From an uncultured bacterium (GTDB taxonomy: Bacteria > B130-G9), in NCBI GenBank assembly GCA_965372715.1, contig CBDVDH010000040.1:1-36697 (forward strand): DNA of 36,697 nucleotides, written 5' to 3'. The notes beneath the pieces are model-generated. The model made no database searches and was not told the origin of the DNA. It saw nothing but the letters and a program-made list of their open reading frames with translations. Of the stretch, positions 8,397 through 18,500 are shown one piece after another. The translations under genes and the position numbers were made by a program. The first letter of the stretch is position 1, and every line of letters starts with the position of its first letter.

Positions 8397-10861
8397 TCAC
8401 GGGCTATTCTTTAGGCTCTTGTTCTTGAGGCGCTTGCGGATGCGGTCTTCTGTGCGGCGGGGCAAGCGCTTGAAGGGCTTTTGCGGCTCGTCGGACTTGA
8501 TGGCGGCAATGGGTTCTTGAGGCGCGAGCTGAGGGGGTTTTGGTTTGATGAACCTTGGCTTGTAGGGCTCAAGGCCGAGTATCTCGTGGAGTAGGACAAG
8601 GGCGACCTCCTTGTCGGGCAAGACGCCTCGCGTGCCCGAATCGATGCTTGTCATGGCGAAACTTGGCATGGCGCTTCCGACGCACGAGGGGCAGCCCTCC
8701 CTGCACTGGCAGGTCTTGATGACCTTGAGCGTGTCGGCCAACACCTTGTCGATAACGTCGTAGAGCCGCGCAGCGTAACCGATGCCGTAGGGATAACGGT
8801 CATAGACGAAAAGCGTCGGGGAGCCGACGTTGGTCGCGTCTACGACGGTCCCGATGTCGCCCTGGTCGGCCATCAAGTGAAGCGAGGCGATATCGACAAG
8901 GACGTTCGCCACTCCTTTGAGCGCATCCGCCGCGCTCGCGCCGAAGCTGGCTACCTTCGCAATTGCCTCTGCGTCGGGCACAAGCCACGTGGCCACTGTC
9001 TCGAGCTTTTCGGGCGGCAGCGACAGCTTCTCATACCCGATGCTGTCGCGGTTGTAGAACTTCACCTTCTTGAACATCGGGATGACCGTCGTTACGGTTA
9101 CGTCGCCGAAACAGACGGCATTTGCGAGCCACGACTTCTCGTCCTCGGTCTCATCAACGAGGATGCTCGATTCGCTCATCACCCGCGTGTAGTAATCGAG
9201 GTTCTTTCGCTCCACAAAGACGATCTGGTGCTCGTTGTCGAGCTTTGACACGAGATAGGTGTCTGCGTCGTGGAGATAGACCGCATTCTGGTGCGTCTCG
9301 AACGGCACGCTGGAGGCGTCGATGTTCCCGATGACCCGTTTGCTCGTGGTGTCCATTATCGCGTAGATGTCCGCGCCGCCGTTCCTCAGACCTACATTGG
9401 CTGCTGGGTATTCTTGGCTCGTCCAGTGCCATTTATCCCCCACGTACGCCGTGCGTTCCTCATCCTCAGTATCTCAAGCATCGCGCGCGTGTGCTCGCCG
9501 AAGAGAGATTCCTCGGAAGGCCCAAGCGGCAGCTCCCGAAGCGCACACTGCAAATGGAATATCGCGATCTGTGGATTTTCGGGGTCAATCGTTGCGTGCT
9601 CAGGCGATTGCTTAAAGAGATAATCCGGGTTGTTCATCAGGAACTGGTCTATCGGTGAGTTCTGGGCGATCAGAACCACAAGAGCCTTGCCATCGCCTCG
9701 ACCGGCGCGGCCCGCCTGCTGCCAGAAGCTCGCGATCGTGCCCGGGTAGGAAACGATTAACGAGGCGTCCAGGCCGCCGATGTCGATGCCGAGCTCCAGC
9801 GCGTTCGTGCTGACCACGCCAAGCAGCGTGCCCTCGGCCAAGCCCCGTTCGACCTCGCGTCGCTCGACAGGAAGATAGCCGCTTCGATACGCCTTGACCG
9901 ACTGGGCAAGCGACGGGCTCTTTTTGGCCAACGTGTCCTGGCAATAGCGATAGATAAGCTCCGTCGCATAGCGGCTTCTGACGAAGGTAATCGTCTGGAT
10001 GCCCTCCTTGATGAGGTTCGCGAGCATCTTTCTGGCCACACCGAACGGCCCTCGCCTTATCAGTCTTTCCTTGTCGATGAAGTCGGGATTAAAGAGCAAG
10101 AACTGCTTCTCGCCGTGCGGGGAGCCGTCCCTGTTGACCTCAACCGTCGGCACACCCGTTATGCCCTCGGCGTGCTCCTTTGGATTGGCGATCGTCGCGC
10201 TGCACGAGACGAACGTTGGGCGCGAGGCGTAATGCCCTGCGATTCGTTTCAGGCGCCGCGTCACGTTGGCCACGTTTGAGCCGAAAACGCCGCGGTAGGA
10301 ATGGATTTCGTCGATGACGACGAACGCGAGGTTCGCAAAAAAGTCGCCCCAGCGCGCGTGATTGGGGAGGATGCCCTGATGCAGCATGTCGGGATTTGTC
10401 AGAATGATGTTCGCGCCGTCCCGAAGCTTGCGCCTCAGGTCAGGAGGCGTGTCCCCGTCGTAACAGCCCGCCTCAAACGACAGCTTGGCGTTTGCGGTTC
10501 TGAATCTAAAAAGCGCCTTCAACTGATCCTGCGCCAGCGCCTTGGTCGGATAGATGAGGAGAGCCCTTGCCCGAGGGTCGTTGAGTATCCGGTCGATTAT
10601 CGGCAGCGTGTAGCAGAACGTCTTGCCGCTCGCTGTTGACGTTACGATGACGACCGATTGGCCCAGCCGGACGTTGTCGATCGCCTCGGCCTGGTGCGAG
10701 TAAAGGCCCTCGATGCCCATCTGGCTGAGGGCTGCCTCGAGTTCTGGATGCAGCGACTCGGACGGCGCTTGGTAGTTGGCCGGCGACCGCGGCATCCTGA
10801 CCCGATGCACGATCTCTTTCTTACTGGCGAGGAATCTATCGAAGAATTGTGCCGTGTCTAT
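8397..10861 (-). pseudogene. MrfA/YprA/Hrq1-type DEAH helicase with C-terminal DUF1998, frameshifted
   Basis: ORF 9392-10810 has Q motif LYSHQ, TASGKT, DEIH, SAT, TNALELGIDIG and QQAGRAGR. ORF 8397-9443 has FVYDRYPYG.G and CQCREGCPSC. Restoring one base at 9467/9468 fuses them (ILEDEERTAYVGDKWHW). Could be an assembly error. Confidence 0.85.
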
Positions 10862-10901
10862 TTGCCCGGCCTCCTCTATTGCTGACGGTCTGAAGCGCTG
10901 T

Positions 10902-11168
10902 CATGTTCGCATCGTTACAGTCTTCGTAGCCCATGGCGATCTGATAGACCCGCTGGCGGATAAGCTCGCACTGATCGTGCTTCACGTAACGACTATCCCG
11001 CCTATCTTGCATACATCCAGCAATCGCGTCGGTCAAACGCCCTCACCGATCAACTTCAGAAAGCAGCACGAAACCACCATCGCTCGTCGTCCTGCCACCG
11101 TCAAAACCAACCTCGATACGCTTCTTGCACTTGACCTTTGACCTGCGCTTTCTGATACACTCTGCCAT
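10902..11168 (-). pseudogene. IS1380-family transposase, 5' fragment with internal stop
   Basis: MAECI...FDGGRTTSDGGFVLLSEVDR*GRLTDAIAGCMQDRRD...ELIRQRVYQIAMGYEDCND; TGA at 11043-11045; similarity ends after about 88 codons. Confidence 0.88.
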
Positions 11169-11250
11169 CGGGCGACTCTTTCTCGTTATTGCTTGACATT
11201 AACCTTTGAGAGCCACAATAACACGGGTCGCCCCCAAAAAGCTACCCTCA

Positions 11251-11267
11251 TTTATGAGTTATCCGGG
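11251..11267. mobile_element. IS1380-like terminal inverted repeat (5' end)
   Basis: Minus strand CCCGGATAACTCATAAA, ~100 bp upstream of the transposase ATG and abutting the TAG of the upstream gene. Confidence 0.75.
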
Positions 11268-13466
11268 CTAGGGGAAGGCGAGGTATCGGCTCGGGTGCTG
11301 GGTGGGGAATATGAGAGGGAGTTTGCCCAGCGGCGTGTCACTTCTCAGTGCGGGCCCAAGCTGCGTTGACCAAGGCGGGAGCCTGAGCCGCGAACTCGAG
11401 ATTAGGCCCTGCGATTGCACAAGCTGCGCCTCGCGGAGTGGAACGCTGCGACCCCTGTCGAGAACTGTGACGCGAACCTCGTCGATGTGGCCGGCGAGCA
11501 GCCATTTCTCGCTTTGCTCCAGGCGCACGGTGGCCTCAGTCGCCTCGAAGCTAGCTGGAAGCGTGAGCAGGGTGACGAACCCCTCTGAAATGAGCTCGAG
11601 GCCCACGGTGACGTTTCCCAATGGTCTATCAGCGACGATATCGAGCCGGTCAATCAGGCCCACATCGGCGTCAGGGATTAGTCGAGCCTGAGTGGTCGGA
11701 AACTTGGAGTCGGCGAATCTTGCGTGCACCACATCGTGGTGCAGGTTCAGGTAGGACCGCTGACGAGCTAGCACGCGGGCCGAGATGTCTCGGAGCTCGA
11801 GAGCCTTCCGGCCGTCGAACGCAAGAGCCCGAAGTGACATCCCAGCCGGAATGGACTTGTATTGAAATCTGCTCACCCATAGACTGAAGGGCAGAGCATC
11901 GACACGTCTGCCATATTCCGCACGGATTGGCGCCCGGATGTTCCAGCAAGATGAGCTCCTGTCGATGAGGGACTTGTCCTGGAAGACGATGAGAACGAGC
12001 GTGTTGTCCGGCACCTCGGGCTGCGCCGCCACAATCGCCCTGGGAAGACGGGCGCCCTCCTGCGCCTCATCGACAAACATCGCGAAGAGCTTCAGAAAGC
12101 CTGCCATGTAGGCGCCCACCAATAGCAAGACCATCCCAACGATCAAAAACTTGAGCGGAGCGCGAGACATTCTCGGTGAGAGCCGTCGGCACGCAGCACA
12201 TCTTATCACAACGGCGGCGGCCGCGACTAGGGCGATGGCATACCTTGTGCTCGTTGTGGAGGCGCCCTGGGCGAAGAAATCGGCCCAACCTGCTCGAATC
12301 AGCTCGAACACCCAATAGATTACTGAGGCGGCTATCACCCAATCGAGGACTTGGGACACGGCGGGGCGCCTGCGGCGATCAAGAATCGTCTCCGGCAGCA
12401 GCACAAGAAGATAAGCCATCAGGCCCGCGACACCAAACGAGCTGAGCAAGACGCGATGGTGGCCAACCCCCGCAAGGGGGAACGCCAAAGCTGGCGTGAT
12501 AGCTATCCATAGCACCAGGAAGAGTGTCAACCTCCAATTGGTCCTGAAGCCCACGTAAAGGATGAATGCGGCTACTACGCAGAGCACGGGGGAGAACTTC
12601 AGCGGGAACACGCTTGTGTAAAGCATTGCGGGCATCCTCTCGATAATCCTTAGGAGCGTGAGGTCCCTTACGCACGCGAAGTAGAAGTGGTTGAGGACGA
12701 CGTTAGTGCTGAGTAACAGCGCTCTGAGGCCGAGAAGGGCGGCGGCCAATACCCACAGTGGCAGATTGACCTTCAAAAGGTGTCGGAAGAGGCTTTCTGT
12801 GCCGTGTCCCTTTCTCCATATCAGTTCGTAGATCAGTAGCAGAAGCGGCATTAAGATCGTGTATTCGTAGAAGAGAAAGCCGGCGACGTACGTAATGCAG
12901 GCTAGGACGATCTTGGTGCGCGATGGGCTCCTGTGGTAACCGGGGCCCATCAGCCAGAACGTAAGAAGCGCCAACAGCGCTGAGTTGAGACCCTGTATCT
13001 GTGACATCCAAAACACAGGAAGGACGTGGCATGTCATCACGGCGAATATCAGCGAGCCGAGCGCCCCTATGAGAAAAGATTGGGACAGCGCCTCGAGGCT
13101 CAGGAATACCAGAAGGCATATCAAGGCATAGACCGCAGAGTTGATCGCCCTTGGCACAAGCGGGTTTGTCCCGAACAGCTTATACTCGGTCGCCTGCATC
13201 ATTGCGGCGAGCGGCCGGTAGTACTGCGACCCGTATTCGCTCTGGAGAACGACTGGATAGCCCGCTATCTGCCCCCAAGACTGCGGTTTGAAGGACACCC
13301 AGCTCTCCGTCAAATAGTATGCATTCAGACCCGAGGCGGTCATCGCGATCGGAAGCAGCACGATCGCGACAATGAACCATCGCCTGGCCTTGGCGCCCGG
13401 TGATTGAAGTCTGTCAGGCCAAAACTGCACGCGCTCTCCGATCTCAACAGTGTCTTTTTGCCGCAC
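11268..13466 (-). CDS. Polytopic membrane protein, GT-C/TMTC-like glycosyltransferase fold probable
   Basis: YYRPL motif followed by H..PVFW and FYE...LMP; many hydrophobic helices; soluble C-terminal domain. Confidence 0.6.
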   Translation of the reverse strand: MRQKDTVEIGERVQFWPDRLQSPGAKARRWFIVAIVLLPIAMTASGLNAYYLTESWVSFKPQSWGQIAGYPVVLQSEYGSQYYRPLAAMMQATEYKLFGTNPLVPRAINSAVYALICLLVFLSLEALSQSFLIGALGSLIFAVMTCHVLPVFWMSQIQGLNSALLALLTFWLMGPGYHRSPSRTKIVLACITYVAGFLFYEYTILMPLLLLIYELIWRKGHGTESLFRHLLKVNLPLWVLAAALLGLRALLLSTNVVLNHFYFACVRDLTLLRIIERMPAMLYTSVFPLKFSPVLCVVAAFILYVGFRTNWRLTLFLVLWIAITPALAFPLAGVGHHRVLLSSFGVAGLMAYLLVLLPETILDRRRRPAVSQVLDWVIAASVIYWVFELIRAGWADFFAQGASTTSTRYAIALVAAAAVVIRCAACRRLSPRMSRAPLKFLIVGMVLLLVGAYMAGFLKLFAMFVDEAQEGARLPRAIVAAQPEVPDNTLVLIVFQDKSLIDRSSSCWNIRAPIRAEYGRRVDALPFSLWVSRFQYKSIPAGMSLRALAFDGRKALELRDISARVLARQRSYLNLHHDVVHARFADSKFPTTQARLIPDADVGLIDRLDIVADRPLGNVTVGLELISEGFVTLLTLPASFEATEATVRLEQSEKWLLAGHIDEVRVTVLDRGRSVPLREAQLVQSQGLISSSRLRLPPWSTQLGPALRSDTPLGKLPLIFPTQHPSRYLAFP

Positions 13467-13518
13467 AGTAAACTAACACTGTGCGTGGCGTGCCGCAACC
13501 GCCGTGCGGCCCAGGAAT

Positions 13519-13662
13519 CCCGCCCGTGTCGATAAGGACTGTTCTCTCAAGTCCCTGGACAACGCAGGCGAATCCCCAGCCAGTCTTCATCCCCACTTGG
13601 TGTAGATAATTGTCGAACGTTACTGTTATTGCTGTCTTTTTCGACGTCTCGTCACCAGTCAT
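13519..13662 (-). pseudogene. N-terminal fragment of an MBL-fold metallo-hydrolase
   Basis: ITVTFDNY...WGFACVV...TVLIDTGG; the expected SHxHxDH motif does not follow. Confidence 0.7.
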
Positions 13663-13878
13663 GGCACCGATTCTTTCGCAAAGCTCACGTGGTCGCAGTT
13701 GGCGGCTATCGCTAATGTGTGAATTCGGGACACCTCGCAGTCGAGAATCCTCTGTCGAAACACATCCGGCCCCCGTCGGCTTGAACTTTGAATCTCGATC
13801 TATCACTATTGGAGTATGTTATCATAACAAGTCATTCGGCGGTTTAAGTGCAAAGAAGAGGATTAAGGAGGCCGTATA

Positions 13879-14487
13879 GTGCAGAAGACGAGCGTTACCG
13901 AGGCCCTGACCAAAGTTCTTGAAGACGACCACTGGATGCGCAAGACGCTCTTGGGCGGGCTTCTGCTGGGGATACCGGTTCTTTTCTTTCTCGCCAAGGG
14001 TTATCTGCTCCAGATACTCAGGGCAACAATGCGAGGCGATAGAGACAAGGGACTGCCGGCGTGGAGGGTCTCGGAGTCGTTTGTCCTGGGCGCAAAGGGG
14101 TTCGTCGTTTGGCTCGTGTATTACATCCTGCCGGCCTTGTTTTTCTGGCTGGCGAGTCTCAACCGCGGCAACACGGCCTTCGGGACATTCTTAATGATCG
14201 GGATAGCGCTCGCCATTATCGCGACCGTATTGCTGCCCTGGGGCGCGGCGATTTGGCTGAGCACGGGCTGCGTCAAGAGCGCGTTTGACGTTCGCCGTCT
14301 AGTGAAGGTGTTCGGTTTTCTCGGCGAATACCTTGATGTCTTTGTCCGGTGCTTCTTGCTGGTTCTGTTTTCCACCGGGACGGTGTTCGCAGCGTTTTTC
14401 GTTGCCATGGCCTGTATGCATCTCTTTGGGGAGGTAGCAGGCAAATACCTCAAGCAAGAGGGGAATGAGGCGCTCCAGGCCGTCTAG
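13879..14487 (+). CDS. DUF4013 family membrane protein
   Basis: AAGGAGG RBS; W..K.LLGGLL..IP....GY, LPAW, G.KGFVV..VY and AFD motifs. Confidence 0.8.
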   Translation: MQKTSVTEALTKVLEDDHWMRKTLLGGLLLGIPVLFFLAKGYLLQILRATMRGDRDKGLPAWRVSESFVLGAKGFVVWLVYYILPALFFWLASLNRGNTAFGTFLMIGIALAIIATVLLPWGAAIWLSTGCVKSAFDVRRLVKVFGFLGEYLDVFVRCFLLVLFSTGTVFAAFFVAMACMHLFGEVAGKYLKQEGNEALQAV

Positions 14488-14942
14488 CTGACCCCTGCTT
14501 CCTCGTCTTTTTTGCTTTCTAGAAGGCAATCACTGACTATTTCAGTGATTTCAGCGAGCGTTGATGGCTTTCTTATTACGTGTCGATAGGCGCCTTCCTG
14601 AACTGCCTGGGCTATGTTCTCCTCCACGTCGGGGTATCCGGTCATCATGATCACAGGAAGGGCGCCATGCAGGCTTCTGATCTTGCGGAACGTGTCCAGC
14701 CCGTCGAACGGTCCGGTCTTGAAGACCTCGTCGAGCAGCACCAGGTCGAACCTCTCACTCTCGAGCACAGAGAGCGCGCGTTCCGGGCTTTCTGCTGTTT
14801 CGACCTCGTAGCCCTCCTCCAGCAAGACCTCTTGCCAGACATCCCTGAGCGTTTGCTCGTCATCAACTATCAGGATACGCGGCCGCTTGTGCTTCTTCTC
14901 GAGCACTGGGTCGATTCCTTTTGACGCAAAGCTATCTGACAT
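14484..14942 (-). CDS. Single-domain response regulator receiver
   Basis: ILIVDDE, DLVLLD, DGLD, MMTG, RKP; GGAGG RBS. Confidence 0.92.
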   Translation of the reverse strand: MSDSFASKGIDPVLEKKHKRPRILIVDDEQTLRDVWQEVLLEEGYEVETAESPERALSVLESERFDLVLLDEVFKTGPFDGLDTFRKIRSLHGALPVIMMTGYPDVEENIAQAVQEGAYRHVIRKPSTLAEITEIVSDCLLESKKDEEAGVS

Positions 14943-15363
14943 ATTCGGCCCTCCAGCTTGACGTTTTCGTCAGAAAGTTCGCGAATGCGCACAGTCCTAG
15001 CTTCTCCCGATCCAATGAGGCTGATACTAGCGTCAGAAGAGCATACTTCGCGTTCAGAACTCCCCATAATCCATCGACTGGCTTGACGAGGATGCTCCGC
15101 TGTTGGTTGCGGATATGAAATCTCATCTTTACAGATGTAAAAAAGAATGACTTTAACGACAATTCATGTATCAAAGGGCAGGACTAAAGGACAGATGTAC
15201 CCGGCGGACTCTCTGTCTCGTCAATGGCAAGCATCCGATACTCATCGCCTCCAGCCTCGCTATCCTGCAAAGAGTTAACAGCGTTGGCCGACCCGATGCG
15301 CCAGCGTTGGTGTATCTGGTTGGCCCACCTACAAAAAAAACAAAACACCTCTATTGTGATATT

Positions 15364-15380
15364 AGCATTGCTTGTGCCAA
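15364..15380 (-). promoter_or_regulatory. Sigma-54 (-24/-12) promoter
   Basis: Minus strand TTGGCACAAGCAATGCT, with exact GG-N10-GC spacing, ~200 bp downstream of a sigma-54 activator gene. Confidence 0.65.
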
Positions 15381-15585
15381 ATCTGCAAGTTCCTTTCTCT
15401 TGATTCTCTGGTCGTCTCGTGAAGTTGCTTCTGCACGAAGGGCTCGGCACGCACACGGTCAGAGCTCTGACCCTCGGAGCCGTTGAGGCGTGACCGCAGC
15501 ACTCGCCCCGGCAAGAATCCATGTAACATTATGTGACCGCACGAGAGCTCCGGGACGAAAGACCGGAGGTCCGGCGGCGAGAAGA

Positions 15586-18500
15586 TCAGCTGCGTCCCGA
15601 TGGACGGTATTCGTCTAAAGATAGACTGTGCTTTTTCAAAAGGCGGTAGAAGTTCTGCCTCGAAAGGCCGGCCATTCTCGCAGCCTGAGCCACATTGCCG
15701 CCAGAGGCTCTCAGCGCGGTCTTGAGTCGTGAAGCCTCGACGCCGTCCTTCACCTCTTTGAGTCGTGCAATCTGGCTGTCTTCCCTTCGTATCAGCCCGA
15801 GATCGGCATCAGTTATAGTGTTGCCAGTGGAAATCAGAATGGCCTTTTCGACCTTGTTCTGAAGTTCCCGCACATTCCCCGGCCAGCGGTGGCTCATCAT
15901 CCTTTCGACGGCCTTTACTGAGAACATCTTCTTTCTTTTATTGTATTTCTCTTTGCCCAAGCTGAGGAAGTGATTCGCGAGGCGAAGGATGTCATCCTCA
16001 CGCTCCCTAATTGGCGGTAATTCAAGATGAATCACGCTGAGACGATAATAGAGGTCTTCCCTGAATGAACCGTCCTTCACCGCGGTCTCCAGGTTGCGGT
16101 TGGTCGCTGCGATGATTCTGCAATCGATCTCTATCTCTCCTGCGCCTCCAATCCTCTCGATCGTTTTAGTCTCAAGGAATCTCAAGAGTTTTACCTGCAT
16201 ATCGAGCGAAAGTTCGGCAATCTCATCAAGGAAAATCGTGCCCTTGTCGCCATATTCCAGCCTTCCTCGCTTCTGCTTGTGAGCGCCGGTAAACGCGCCT
16301 TTCTCAAAGCCGAAAAGCTCCGCCTCGACAAGGTCTCTTGGGATTGCGCCACAATTGATGACTAAAAGCGGAGCATCTTTGCGAAGGCTTCTCCTGTGGA
16401 TCGCCTGGGCAAGCAGCTCCTTTCCGGTTCCGGTCTCTCCCGTGATCGATATCGTAACGTCTGTCTTGACGATCTTCACGGCCTCCCGGATAACTTCCAG
16501 CAGCCGCTCGCTTGCCCCAATGAGCTCCGGGAAGGCCGAGGCCTTTTCAGACCTGATGGTCGTGCCGGGAACGAGCATTGGCGGCACGCCTCGTTCGCCC
16601 GATAGCAGCCTCGTCCGATCGACCAGTTCCTTTATGTAGGCGTTCTGGCGTTCCCGCAGGACCGCGTCCTCGATCATTTTCGTCGCAAGCCGCTCAAGCG
16701 ATTGGACGGCGAGGAGGGGATGGTCGCTGGGCATCTCAAGAAGCTCGGTAGAATCAAGATAAATCGTCCCCAGTCGTTCCCGCTTGCCGCAGAGCGGGAC
16801 GCACATAATAGACCCACTAATGTCCAAATCTCGCAACCAGTCAGGCTTTTCGGCTCCGCGGCGCGTAAGGACGGGTGTTCCGGTCAAGTTAACGTGTCTG
16901 CTCACAGATGCGGGGCCGCCAAGCTGCTTGGGGTCCAGGACCCGACCGCTCTTATTCAGCGCGCGAGTCAGCCTCAGCCTGCCGCTATCCGCTCGTATTG
17001 CAATGCACCCTCTCTCAAAGGGGGTGGCTGCAAGTAGGTGAGATATGATGATGTCAGAGGCTTGTATCAACTCCATCCCTGTGCTACCGGTCGCTACACG
17101 CACCATCGAAGCCGCTACCTCCTCGTCGCCAGCCCAAGCGTCCTTTGGCTGAGTTCTCCCAGGCGCATCTTCGTCGAGCTCGAGCCTTATGGCGCCCCAC
17201 CGCATTCGGAATCGCTCCAAGCTCCTTTTCTTGGCAAAAAGTTCCTGTTTGTCTTCAGGAAGGGTCGCCGCTAAGGCCTCGAGTCTTGAGGCGGCGTGCG
17301 CATACGAAGTGTAGCTTTCGGCGAGGTTGTTCGTCTTGAGGTGATAGTCGCCCAAGGCCCAATAGAGCTGAAACTGTGGGAACGGCGAGTTGAGTTCTTT
17401 AATAGTTGAGCTCGCGCGCCGCAGGCAGTCTCCTGCATCATGGAGTCGCTCGTCCCGCACGTGAACGCGGGACAAAGTGATCAGGCACGAAGCCTCTTCA
17501 ATAGGTCTTCTCACCCCCTCAAGCAGTGACAGAACCTCGTTACAGAGCTTGACGGTCTTGTCCCTGTTTCCGGCCTCGAGGTGGGCTCTGGCAAGCCCCA
17601 ATATTGCTGACACTGCAGTCGATGGTTTTATCTCGTCCCTACGACTCAGAAGAAGCTCGAGGCTGAAAAAGGCCGATTCGATAGCGCCGAACTCCAAATG
17701 GTCCAGCCCGATTTGAAGTAGTGCGGTATCCGATATGAGAGGTTCGTTTTGGGACATCAGCGTCTGAAAAGCCTCATAATGCGCGCTCAGGGCCCCGTCA
17801 TAGTCCCCCATTTCCCTGAGTATCTCGCCTCGAGTGATCAAAGCCGCTGACCGGCCACCAATGTCCCCGATGATCTTCTTGATCGAGATCGCATCTTCGA
17901 TCCTCTCAAGTGAGGGGCCGATATCTCCCATCCAAAACAGACAACTGGCGAGATTCTGCAACGTCGTTGACATATTGCGACGGTCGCCGAGGCGCTGGAA
18001 CACAGAAAGCGCCTCCGAGAAGTGCTCCATCGCCAGCTTCGTTTCCGACTGCTCCGCGTGCGTCGAGCCGATACTGTTAAGTGTAATGGCTCGCATGTGC
18101 TCCTCGCCCACCTTCTCACAGATCTTTTTGGCCTGCGTGAAGCGTTCCTTAGCTCGCTCATAGTTCCCCTGCGCCCAATACACAGAGCCAATGTTATGGA
18201 GAATCGCGCCTCGCTCGCTCTCGTCCTTCATTTCTTCCGCGCATTCAAGCGCGGTATTGAAGCTCCGTAGGGCGTCGTTGAGTTTCCCCTGATGCCAGTA
18301 TGCTTTCCCTATGGCGTGGGCGGCCATGGCCTGATTACGGACATCTTTGTGCGCCGCGGCCACTGATTTGGCCTCGCCGAGCACCTCCAGGGCCCGATGC
18401 AATTCGCCCGTGAGCCGATGAACCTCCGCCATCCTCAGATTGCAGGCGCATTGGTCGGGTATAGACCTCGCGTCCTGCGCAAACGACAAGGCTTTGGCGT

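Noticed and set aside
11043-11045. Recoded TGA or alternative genetic code
   Set aside because: TGA terminates many intact genes in the window; this stop lies in a truncated IS remnant
6498-11272. Target-site duplication around the IS1380-like ends
   Set aside because: The flanks ACCAT and CTAGG do not match
14932-15522. ORFs 14932-15174, 15166-15486 and 15184-15522
   Set aside because: No RBS or protein-like features; better explained as promoter and leader sequence
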